Shown here: piece by piece, positions 50,351-61,339 of the stretch
Numbering within the stretch: position 1 is the stretch's first letter
Layout of the letters: each line of letters begins with the position of its first letter
NCBI RefSeq assembly: GCF_963921235.1
Contig: NC_086108.1
Location: 8,122,001 to 8,186,000 of the forward strand
Source of the DNA: Mobula hypostoma
Taxonomy: Eukaryota
Reading direction: 5' to 3'
Length of the DNA: 64,000 nucleotides
Notes under the pieces: model-generated
Seen by the model: only the letters and a program-made list of their open reading frames with translations
Database searches by the model: none
What the model was told of the DNA's origin: nothing
Position numbers and translations under genes: made by a program

Positions 50351-52044
50351 CTGCAATAAAGGACAGTGGAATTGAAATAATCCTTTGCCTTTCCAGGTGC
50401 TTCCAGTGGATAGACTTTCATTTCTGGTTTGGATTATTGCTGGAATGTTCTTCGCAATGACAACCTAACCACATCGCTCCACAGGTGCACCGTGCAGACC
50501 CATCTTACTGGTTGCATCATTTGAGGGGCCACTGCACGGGACCGGAAACGATGCAAAAGGTTGTAAACTCAACCAGCTCCATCATGGGCGCTAACCTCCC
50601 CGGTACTGAGGTCATCTTGAAAAGGCGATGGTTCAGAACAGGCAGCACCATCACCCAGCACGTGCCCTCTTCTCATTGCCACCATCAGGGAGGAGGTACA
50701 GGAGCCTGAAGACAGCTCCTTTACCCTGCCTCTCAAAGTCCAACCCTATGATCCTGTCCTGAGAGGTGGAAACAGGCAAGGCCGGCCATCAGGGCTCTGG
50801 TGAAGCCGTAGAGGCTAATCTCCTGTACAGTGGGAACAATAGATGGCAGAAGTTTGATGAAGAACCCTAACCATACCATCGACCTGAACATGATGGAGAT
50901 GGGAGGTCATTGATGGCCTGTGCTCTGGTAGATAAGGGCCCAACAAGGTAAGTTCTTCCCCTCCACCATCCAATTTCTGAATGGACAATGAACCCATGAA
51001 TACCAGCTCACTTTTTGTACTATTAATTCAATTATATCTCATTAAATTATATATATTTCTTATAGTAATTTATAGTTTTTTTTTACTATGTATTGCAATG
51101 TACTGCTGTCGCAAAATGACAAATTTCTTGGCTTTTTCCTTGAACTTTATTCCTTGGAACGTACAAGGCTGAGGGGAGGTTTGAGAAAGGTATGTAACAT
51201 TATGAGGTGTATCGAAAGGGTAAATGCAAGCAGGCTTTTTTCACTGAGTTTGGGTGGGACTACAACCAAAGGTCATGGGTTAGGGGTGAAAGATGAAAAG
51301 TTTAAGGGGAACATGAGGTGAAACTTCTTCACTCAGAGTGCCACGAGAGTGTGGAACGAGCTGCCAGCACAAGTTGTGAATGCGAGCTTGATTTCAATGT
51401 TTAAGAGAAGTTTGGATAGGTACATGGATGGGAGGGCTATGGTCCCAATGCAGGTCAATGGGACTAGGTAGATTAAATGGTTTGGCATGGACTAGATGGG
51501 CTGAAGGGCTTGTTTCTGTGCTGTACTTTTCTACGACTCCATATGCCAGTGATATTAAACCTGATTCTGATCCTACATATCAAGAGGCATCTCACTCAGT
51601 TAGATAGCGTTAATCGCTCAGTTCCGCTATAAACAATCCATGGAGGGTGCATGATGAGAGTTACCTGTGGCTTCTCTTCCCTGTAAAACAAGTCCCAGAG
51701 CGATGGTATGCAAGCAGGGCCTTTGGCCTACTTGATCTGATCGCAGGGATGAAAGGGTTAACATTCAGTATGCGGAGTGTTTGATGGTTCTGGGACTGCA
51801 CTTGCGCATTGTCGAAGACTCAAGACAATGAACTCAATGAAACCTTCTGAACATTGAAAAGCCTGGATAGAGTGGGTGTGAACAGGATGTTTCCTGAAGT
51901 GAGAGAGTCCAGGAAAAGAGGGCACATCCTCAGAGTTGAGGGAAGTCCTTTTACAACGGCTATTAGGAGAAATCTCTTTATCTGGAGGATGGTGAATTTG
52001 TGGAATTCATTGCCACAGGCAGCTGAGGAGGCCAAGTCATCGGA

Positions 52045-52310
52045 CTTTTACTGGACCCTCACAGGACAGTCTCAACACTCGGTGTGTTGTCCAGATCCTC
52101 GCCAGACAGTCTGGAATTTCACTTGACTGTCCAGACCCACACTGGACAGTCTGGAATTTCACTGACTGTCTGGACTCTCAGCAAACAGTCTGGACACTCA
52201 CCAGACTATCTGAGATCTCACCAAACTGTCTAGGCCCTCACCAGTCTGTCTAGGATCTCACTAGACTGTCTAGAGTCTTACCAGACTATCTGGACACTCA
52301 CCCGACTGTC
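52045..52310. repeat. Degenerate 20-bp minisatellite overlapping an exon donor site
   Basis: Unit approximately ccagactgtctggacactca. Confidence 0.85.
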
Positions 52311-52403
52311 TTCGCCCTCGTGAACATCCTCGGGAATCGTCTAGGTGGGGTGAGGAGACAACTTTCTTCAAGGGCTCTGGACTGTAACAATTCACTGGCG
52401 AGT
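52302..52403 (-). CDS. PLEKHG2: PLEKHG2-like exon (YSPVNCYSPEPLKKVVSSPHLDDSRGCSRGRRQS)
   Basis: Acceptor ccctttcAG, donor GTGAGT; 102 nt, phase 1-1, open and in frame. Confidence 0.8.
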
Positions 52404-52665
52404 CTGAAAGGGAACGGGCAAGCGCTTGTGAAAACTCACCGAGGTTGTGAGGAGCATCTGTGTGAACGGTAGGTGACTCAATACCACGGCAAAAAGGACA
52501 AACATCTTGGTCAAGTGTGGTGACAGTAACAATGGGAATTACTTCATGGAGTCGCGAGGGGTGGGCAGCAACAAGATCCAGCGGTCAGAAAGGAACGGTT
52601 TAGACCATAAGCCATAAGAATAGAATCAGACTATTTGGCCCGTTGAATCTGCTGTGTTTACTTAC

Positions 52666-52699
52666 AATGAGAGTGGTTTTCCAGCAACACCTGCTTCGC
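52666..52699 (-). CDS. PLEKHG2: PLEKHG2-like exon (AKQVLLENHSH)
   Basis: Acceptor ttacAG, donor GTAAGT; 34 nt, phase 0-1; AKQVLLEN follows the PH domain in PLEKHG2. Confidence 0.85.
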
Positions 52700-52755
52700 C
52701 TGTAAGTACAAAAACACAATCAGTCAACTCCAGGCCAAGGTACCCATAAGACATA

Positions 52756-53276
52756 CACTCAGTGGCCACTTTATTTGGTACCCAAGCCAAACCTGGTGTT
52801 ACCCATCTACTTTAACGTTCAACATGTTGTCCATTCAGAGATGTTCTTCTGCACACCACATTGTAATGTTTGGTTATTTGAGTTGCTGTCGCCTTCTTGT
52901 TAGCTTGAACCAGTCTGGCCATTCTCCTCTGACCTCTCTCATTGACATGGCATTTTCACCCACAGAACTGCCGCTCACTGGATGTTTTTTGTTTTTCACA
53001 CCGTAAACTCTAGAGACTGTTGTGCATGAAAATCCCAGGAGATCAGCAGTTTCTGAGATACTCAAACCACCCCATCTGACACCAACAATCATTCCACTGT
53101 CAAAGTCACTTAATTCACATTTCTTCCCATTCTGATGTTTGGTCTGAACAACGACTGAACCCCTTGACTATGTCTGAGTGCTTTAATGCATTGATTGCTG
53201 CCACATGATTGGCAGATTAAATATTTACATTAATGAGAATGTGTACAGGTGTACCTAGTAAAGTTGCCATTAAATG
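52756..53276 (-). mobile_element. Non-autonomous Tc1 deletion derivative
   Basis: TIR-like ends CACTCAGTGGCCACTTTATT / TAGTAAAGTTGCCATTAAATG; transposase N-terminal remnant GLSISETADLLGFS. Confidence 0.78.
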
Positions 53277-53374
53277 CAAGACTTTAAGACTTAGGAGTAG
53301 AATTAGGCATTTTGGCCCATAGAGCGAACTCTCCATTGACTCGTCTTCTCTGGTGAGGCAGTCCTGTAGGATTG

Positions 53375-53845
53375 AGGCTGATCACCCCCAGTAGGCTCGG
53401 AGGCCTCAGATCAAGGCTGATCATCCCCACTGGGCTCAGAGGCCTCAGATCAAGGCTGATCATCCCCACTAGGCTCGGAGGCCTCAGATCAAGGCTGATC
53501 ACCCCCAGTAGGCTCGGAGGCCTCAGATCAAGGCTGATCACCCCACTAGGCTCGGAGGCCTCAGATCAAGGCTGATCATCCCCACTAGGCTCGGAGGCCT
53601 CAGATCAAGGCTGATCACCCCCAGTAGGCTCGGAGGCCTCAGATCAAGGCTGATCACCCCACTAGGCTCGGAGGCCTCAGATCAAGGCTGATCATCCCCA
53701 CTAGGCTCGGAGGCCTCAGATCAAGGCTGATCATTCCCACTGGGCTCGGAGGCCTCAAATCAAGGCTGATCATCCCCACTGGGCTCGGAGGCCTCAGATC
53801 AACGCTGATCACCCCCCCACCTCCCCACTGGGCTCCGAGGCCTCT
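53375..53845. repeat. 38-39-bp minisatellite, about 12 copies
   Basis: Unit aggctgatcacccccagtaggctcggaggcctcagatca. Confidence 0.95.
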
Positions 53846-54469
53846 GATGAGGTGGTTGTCACAAGTGAAGACTCTGCAATAGACGGGGAAGGAGATGGAG
53901 GGAGGGGAGGAGGTAGGAGTTCATGAGGGACTGTGTTTTCTTAGCTGCTTCTTACTTCTCCCTCCACCCCACCTCCCGTTGGGCAGCAGATACAAAATCC
54001 TGGGTCAAGGACATCTTCTATCCCACTGAAATCAGGTTCTTGAACAAACATCCTGTACGATACATGGACTCCTAACCTCACAATATACCTCATTGTGGCC
54101 CCTGTCTCATCCTCCTTCGCTCCAAAAAGAAAGACCCCAGTTTGCTCCACCTATCCCCATAACACATGCCCTCTAATCCAGGCAGCATCCTGGTAAATCT
54201 CCTCTGCACTCTCTCTAAAGCTTCCACATCCTTCCTCTAGTGAGATGACCAGGACTGAACACAATACTCCAAGTGTTCTAATTGTAATTACAGTAGTTTT
54301 TACATATTGCACTGTCTTGCTGAACTCTGCCATGAACCGTCCCAGTCCCAGCTGTGAAAGTAAGGGGGTTAGGCAAGGGGCTAGCAACCCCATCCTATAA
54401 AAACCCAGAGCTACAGAAACACAAGAAACTCCAAAGATCTCATTACTGGGACAGGAAGGATCTTCGCCT

Positions 54470-55152
54470 AGAAGACCATAAGACAGAGGAGCAGAATTAG
54501 GCCATTTGGCCCATCGAATCGGCTCTGCCATTCAATCATCGCTGATCCTTCTCTCCCCTCCTCAGCCCCACTCCCCCGGCCTTCTCCCCGTAACCTTTGA
54601 TGCCTTGTCCAATCAAGAACCCATCAAGCTCTGCCTTAAATAGGCCCAATAACCTGGCCTCCACAGCTGCCCGTGGTAATAAATTCCACAAATTCACCAC
54701 CCTCTGGTTAAAGAAATTTCACCATATCCCTGTTTTAAATGGAATCCCCTCTATCCTGAGGCTGTGCCCTCTCATCCTAGACTCTCCCACCAGGAGAAAC
54801 ATCCTTTCAACATCCACTCTGTCTAGGCCTTTCAAAGTTCGAAAGGTTTCAACGAGATCTCCCCCTCATCCTTTTGAATTCCAGCGAATACAGACCCAGA
54901 GCTATCAAACATTCCTCATATGATTCCCCTTTCATTCCTGGAATCATCCTTGTGAACCTCTCCCCAATGCCAGCACATCTTTTCTAAGATGAGGGGCCCA
55001 AAACTGTTCACATTACTCAAGGTGAGGCCTCACCAGTGCCTTATAAAGCCTCAGCATCACATCCCTGTTCTTGTATTCAAGACCTCTTGAAATGAATGCT
55101 AACATTGCATTTGCCTTCCTCACCACTGACTCAACCTGCAAGTTAACCTTTG
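54470..55152 (-). mobile_element. CR1 3' fragment
   Basis: LYKALVRPHLE and CR1-type 3' UTR. Confidence 0.8.
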
Positions 55153-56051
55153 GACGTATAAAGTCGTGTGATGAAAGTGGAAGCTGCAGGCCCAATCAAC
55201 CTTCCTTCTATGGGCCCAGGACTGAGGACTCTGGTGGCTGGCCTCTGCCCCGCTCGGGCTGAGGGGCTTAAGTGAAGAAGACCCCCCCCGCTACCACAAG
55301 GGACCAATTTCACAACCTATGTCAGTGACGGTGAACCTGACTCTGATTCAGTTGTGTCACGTGCTGCTGATCTGGTCTCTCTAACCAAGGACGGAGGGAG
55401 CTTGTCCGGTCGGTACTGAGAATAAACAAATCGGGCTGATACTCAGTAAAACGTAAAATAATGGTATAGGAATTGCTACTGGGGGTAAATGTAACATCGG
55501 CTGAAATGCTTTGAATTAAGGGTCACGCCTTCCAAAGTAGGGGCCAGTCATTTAGGAAGTTCTTAGTTGGAGCTGGTGGGGGTGTCCTTGGAGTTCTCTA
55601 TCACTAGGCCGTGGAGGCTGTTTAATTATGTGTGTACATAATAAAGAACTTCATTTCCCAGTGGGCAATGCGGGCGAGTAACCCGGAACAGGAAGCTTCA
55701 ATAGCGACCTGGTCGCATGAGCTTGGTGTTGTACAGTAACTCAATAATAAAAATGTTCTAGCATTTACCCACACCACTTTATTCAGAACAAACATAAGAG
55801 GCGCTTGGTCTGAAGCGGAATGAATGGGCGTTTGGATATTCAAGAAGCGAAAGGATTCTGGAGATAGTGTAGGAAATTGGCGCTGAGGTCGAAGATCAGC
55901 CATGAACTGTTAATCCTAATGTTCGTAACCAAGGGCTGTACGTATGCACACAGCACAAAAGCATGCGCATACATGAACGCATGCACGTGCTGCACGCACA
56001 CAGGCACACACACACGTACATACACACACACACGACAGCTGAGGCGAGAAC

Positions 56052-56138
56052 CTTCTGTGGGATGGAGGCCGGGTGATTCTCTACGATTAACCGCTTGAGG
56101 TAATGTATCCACAGCCTCTTCTCTTCTTGGTTCTTGGC
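56052..56138 (-). CDS. PLEKHG2: PLEKHG2-like exon (PH C-terminal helix: [29 protein letters not shown])
   Basis: Acceptor tttttcAG, donor GTTCTC (weak); 87 nt, phase 0-0; [10 protein letters not shown]...ENHPASIP motif of PLEKHG1/2/3. Confidence 0.88.
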
Positions 56139-56329
56139 CTGAAAAAAAGAAGGAATCGATCAGCTTCACCTTGGGAAGTGGCCTGTAGCTGACCTCAGTA
56201 ATGTCCTGCGTGGATGAGAGCCACTGAGACTCGCTCATTGCCTGACACAGCCCTGAGCCTTGGCGACTGATCGTAAGTCCTCACTGAGCACATAACAATC
56301 AAAGCCCCACCTCATCAACCACTGACCCT

Positions 56330-57165
56330 GACCAGTGACCAAAGGCTCCGTCTAGGCAACCACAGGCTTGTCTCAGCAATCACAGGACCGGTGTTAGTGA
56401 TAACAGGCCTGCCTTGGCAACCGCAGGACCAGCCTTGGTCACAACTGGCCTGCCTTGTTGACCAGAGGCCTGCTTTGGCAATAACAGGGCTGCCTAGGAC
56501 AGACATCCCACCCTGCAAAAACTCATTTCAGGGAGATAGCACCATCAATTTGCGGGAGACTCCCAGAACTTCCGGGAGAGGTGGGATGTCTGCAATAGAG
56601 TAGCTCCTTAGCAGCTAGCCAGCTAGTTTAAATAATGTTAGCTATGCTAATGAACGAATGACACCTGTTAAACTCACCTCACCATGTCTTTTACAGTCTT
56701 AACTCACCACGGGCAACAGAAAAGTCACTGTTGCAAACAGTGCAGCGAACAACACTGTCATTATTTTTGATCCCTATTAGGCAGGGGTACACTTTAGGGT
56801 AGTCTGGGGTGATGTACATTTTATATTTTCTTTTTTTGGAACACTCTGCCATGGCGCGCTCTCGCTCGTGCTCTCTCTCTCGTGGTCGCTCTCGCTCTCG
56901 TGGTCACTCTCACGCTCGCTCGCTCGCTCTCTCTCAAAAAAGTTGATTTCTGGGACATTGTATATAATTTGCAGGCATCAGGGAGCCACTATTAATATGC
57001 GGGAGACTCCCGGAACTTCTGGGAGAGGTGGGATGTCTGCTAGGAGACAATAGGCCTGCTTGGAGATAACAGGTCTGCTTTGGAGATAACAGGCCTGCTT
57101 TGGTGACAACAGGCCTGCCCTAATAACTACAGGACTGGCCTTGGTAACAACAGGCTGGCCTTAGA
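56330..57165. repeat. Degenerate about 21-bp minisatellite split by the MITE
   Basis: Unit approximately taacaggcctgctttggaga on both sides of 56500-57039. Confidence 0.7.
56500..57039. mobile_element. MITE (hAT-like) with 13-bp TIR and 6-bp TSD
   Basis: CAGACATCCCACC...GGTGGGATGTCTG flanked by CTAGGA on both sides. Confidence 0.78.
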
Positions 57166-57295
57166 GACCACGCTCATGCCCAACCACAGATGAAACCGGA
57201 GGAACCACTGACAGGCAGCCGACCTGCCATAGATCCCCTCCAGCACCGTGGGGTGGGGTGGCTGGAGGCCCGAGCCAACAGCAAGGCTGACTGAC

Positions 57296-57388
57296 CTGGA
57301 GTGTGTGCTGCTGCCTCGGAACCGTCAGGTCAGTCACTCGGAAGCTGAGGGAATCCTTCATGTTCTCCGACAACGTCAGGTTGCAACA
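57296..57388 (-). CDS. PLEKHG2: PLEKHG2-like RhoGEF exon (PH domain: CCNLTLSENMKDSLSFRVTDLTVPRQQHTLQ); first exon in window, upstream exons outside
   Basis: Acceptor cttcccctgcAG, donor GTCAGT; 93 nt, phase 0-0; peptide resembles the PLEKHG2 PH segment (CCNL...F.V.DLT.P...H.LQ) as I recall it. Confidence 0.88.
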
Positions 57389-57829
57389 CTGCAGGGGAAG
57401 AGAGAATCCTTCTGGCTCAGCTTGTTCAAGGCTCCCCACAGATCACACACCGCACGCGAAGGTCAGTCACTGCCAGCCCACCGCTCGAAAGCTGCCAGTG
57501 AGAACCTCATTTGCCCATGACACAGCAGGAGCTGGATGTCATTGGGCCCAATAAATCCCTGCCAGCCCTCTAAACAATCCTACTTTTCACCGTGACACTA
57601 TTCTCCCCACAGTCCCATCAACTTCCCCCTTAGATTGGATCCTTTGCCCACACACCAGGTGAGTTTACAGTGAAAACCTGAGCCTCTTTGGGACATGGGA
57701 GGGAACTGGAGGACCCAGAGGAAACCCGTGCGGTCACAGCCAGAAAGTGCAAACTCCTTAAAGAGACCGTGCCGGAGGCCAGGATCAAACCTGGGATCTC
57801 AGGAATTGTGAGACAGCAGCTCTACCAAT

Positions 57830-59350
57830 CATAAGACTATAAGGAATGGAGCAGAGTTAGGACATTCGGCCCATCGAGTCTGCTCCACCATTTCATCATG
57901 GCTGATCCATTTCCCTCTCAGCCCCATTTCTCCTGCTTTCTCCCTGTAACCTTTCACGCCCTGACTAATCAAGAACCCATCAACCTCTGCATTGAATACA
58001 CCCAATGACTTGGCCTCCACAGCTGCCTGTGGCAACAAATTCCACAGATTCACCACTCTCTGGCTAAAGAAATTCCTCCTCATCTCCATTCTAAAAGGAC
58101 ATCCCTCTACTCTGAGGTAGGTCTCCTGGTCTTAGACTCCCCCACCATAGGAAACATCCGTTCCAATTCCACTCTATCAAGGTCTTTCAATATTCGATAA
58201 GTTTCAATGAGATTCCCCCTCATGCTTCTAAATTCCATGAGTACAGGCCCAAAGCCATCAATCGCTGCTCATATGACAAGCCTTTCAATCCCAGGATCAT
58301 TTTCATGAACCTCCTTCAAACCCTCTCCAATGTCAGCACATCTTTTCTAAGATGAGGCCCAGACCTGGTCACAATACTCCAGGTGAGGCCTCACCAGTTC
58401 TTTGTAAAGCCTCAGCATTTCATCCTTGCCTTTATATTCTAGTCCTCTTGAAATGAATGCTAACATTGCATTTGCCTTCCTTACACTGACTCAACCTGCA
58501 AATTAACCTTTAGCGAATCCTGCACGAGGATTCCCAAATCCCTTGGGACTTTTGAATTTTCTCTCCATTTCGAAAATAGTGTACCCTTTTATTTCTTATA
58601 CCAAAGTGTATGACCGTACACTTCCCGACACTGTATTCCGTCTGCCACTTCTTTGCCCATTCTCCTAATCTGTTTAAGTCCTTCTGCAGCCTCTCTACTT
58701 CCTCAAAACTACCTATCTTCAAATTGTCTGCAAATTGGCAACAAAGCTATCAATTCTGTCATTCAAAACAATGACATATAATGTAAAATGACGCAGCCTC
58801 AATTCCAGTCCCCGTAGTACATCACCAGTCACCAGCAGCCAACCTGAAAAGGCTCCCTTTGTTCCCACTCTTTGCTTCCAGCCAATCAACCTCTGCTTTA
58901 TCCACACTAGTATCTTCCATGGGTTCTTAACTTAAACAGCCTCATGTGTGGCACCTTGTCAAAGGCCTTCTGAAAATCCAAGTATACAACATCAACTGAT
59001 TCTTTGTCTATTCTGCTTCTTACTTCTTCAGAATTGCAACGGGTTTGTCAGGCAAAATTTTCCCTTGAGCAAACCATACTGACGAGAGCTGAATTTTATC
59101 ATGTGCCTTCAAGTACCCTGTGACCTCATCCTTAATAATCGATTCGAACATCTTCCCAACCACTGAGTTGAGACTAACTGGCCTGTAGTTTCTGCTGCCT
59201 CTCTCCCTTCCTGAAGAGTGGAGTGACATTTGCAAGTTTCCAGTCTTCTGCAATCATTCCACATTCTAGCTATTCTTGAAAGATCATTACTAATTCCTCC
59301 GCAATCTCTTCAGCCACATCTTTCAGAACACCATCTGATCCAAATGACTT
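57830..59350 (-). mobile_element. Older degenerate CR1 fragment
   Basis: Broken RT ORFs (NYRPVSL, NFFSQRVVNLWN) and CR1-type 3' UTR. Confidence 0.82.
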
Positions 59351-59759
59351 ATTTCTTCAAATAATTAACATTTAGAACAGAAGATCATAAGATGCTTTAA
59401 GCACCAGCGACCCGGGTTCAATTCCCGCCACTGCCTGTAAGGAGTCTGTACGTTCTCCCCGTCACCACGTGGGTTTTCCCCGGGTGCTCCGGTTTCCTCC
59501 CACAGTCCAAAGTTGGTAGGTTAATTGGTCATTGTAAATTGTCCTGTAATTAGGCTCAGATTAAATCAGTGGTTGCGGGGCGGCATGGCTCGAAGAGCTG
59601 GAAGGACCTATTCAGCACTGTATCTCAATAAATAAAACACTAAAATAAAGATATAGGAGCAGAATTAGACCATTTGCTCATTGAGTCTGCTCTGCCAATC
59701 TTTTGTGGCTGATTTATTATACCTTAGCTGGACGACCGACCTCACAATCCACCTCATTA

Positions 59760-60582
59760 TAGAAACATAGAAACACAGAAAATAGGTGCAGGAGTAGGCC
59801 ATTCGGCCCTTCGAGCCTGCACCGCCATTTATTATGATCATGGCTGATCATCCAACTCAGAACCCCGCCCCAGCCTTCCCTCCATACCCCCTGACCCCTG
59901 TAGCCACAAGGGCCATATCTAACTCCCTCTTAAATATAGCCAATGAACTGGCCTCAACTGTTTCCTGTGGCAGAGAATTCCACAGATTCACCACTCTCTG
60001 TGTGAAGAAGTTTTTCCTAATCTCGGTCCTAAAAGGCTTCCCCTCTATCCTCAAACTGTGACCCCTCGTTCTGGACTTCCCCAACATCGGGAACAATCTT
60101 CCTGCATCTAGCCTGTCCAATCCCTTTAGGATCTTATACGTTTCAATCAGATCCCCCCTCAATCTTCTAAATTCCAACGAGTACAAGCCCAGTTCATCCA
60201 GTCTTTCTTCATATGAAAGTCCTGCCATCCCAGGAATCAATCTGGTGAACCTTCTTTGTACTCCCTCTATGGCAAAGATGTCTTTCCTCAGATTAGGGGA
60301 CCAAAACTGCACACAATACTCCAGGTGTGGTCTCACCAAGGCCTTGTACAACTGCAGTGGTACCTCCCTGCTCCTGTACTCGAATCCTCTCGCTATAAAT
60401 GCCAGCATACCATTCGCCTTTTTCACCGCCTGCTGTACCTGCATGCCCACTTTCAATGACTGGTATATAATGATACCCAGGTCTCGTTGCACCTCCCCTT
60501 TTCCTAATCGGCCACCATTCAGATAATAATCTGTTTTCCTATTTTTGCCACCAAAGTGGATAACTTCACATTTGTCCACGTT
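59760..60582 (-). mobile_element. CR1 LINE 3' fragment (second subfamily)
   Basis: ORF 59857..60642 with KCEVIHFG, VRPHLEYCVQFW, RLRGDLIE. Confidence 0.9.
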
Positions 60583-60799
60583 ATGATCCTGCACCTTACT
60601 GTCTGCCTGCTCTGCACTCTCTCCACAGCTGTTACACTTCATTTTGCAATCTGTTATTGTTTTACTTTGTTTTATCCCAATGCTTTGTGTAATGATTTGA
60701 TCAGTTCAAATAGTACACAAGACAAGCTTTTCACTGTCCCTCAGTTCAGTGGGGTAGAACCAGGTTTCACTTGCAGACAGCCCAGAACAATCCTGAACA

Positions 60800-61235
60800 A
60801 AAGATATTCTGCAGACACTGGAAATCAAAGCAACACACACAAAATGCTGGAGGAACTCAGCAGGCCAGGCAGCATCTATGGAAAAGAGTAAGAAGTCGAT
60901 GTTTCAGGCCGAGACCCTTCATCAGGACCAGAAAAAAAGATGAGAAGTCAGAGTAAGAAGGTGGGGGGAGGGGAGGAAGAAGTACAAGGCGGTAGTTGAT
61001 AGGTGAAACCAGGAGAGGGGGAGGGGGTGAAGGAAAGAACCAGGAAGTCAATTGGTGAAAGATAAAGGGCTGGAGAAGGGGGAATCTGATAGGAGAGGAC
61101 AGGAGACCATGTGAGAAAGGGAAGGGGAGGAGCACCAGGAGGAGGTGATTGGCAGGTAAGGTGATAGAGGGAAACAGGAAAGGGGAATGGTGAAGGAGGG
61201 GGCAATTACTGGAAGTCTGAGAAATCAATGTTCAG
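60800..61235 (-). mobile_element. Penelope-like element 3' end
   Basis: Same 3' UTR; near-intact hammerhead at 60894-60929. Confidence 0.75.
60894..60929 (-). ncRNA. Hammerhead motif with one CpG-type change
   Basis: GGTC-CTGATGA-AGGGTCTCGGCCT-GAAAC-ATC-GACT. Confidence 0.6.
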
Positions 61236-61339
61236 CTCAATCCTTGCTGATTTCATTAGATATGACACAAAGCACTTAACAGTACATTTCGATGTTTCCG
61301 TGTAACAAATAAAGTTAATCTTTATATCTTTGTCACTTA

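Noticed and set aside
50348..52666. Apparent premature stop (pseudogene) on joining exon 52666 to 50350
   Set aside because: Resolved by the intervening 102-nt exon at 52302-52403
53375..53845. CRISPR-like array
   Set aside because: Contiguous units with no unique spacers, eukaryotic context, no cas genes
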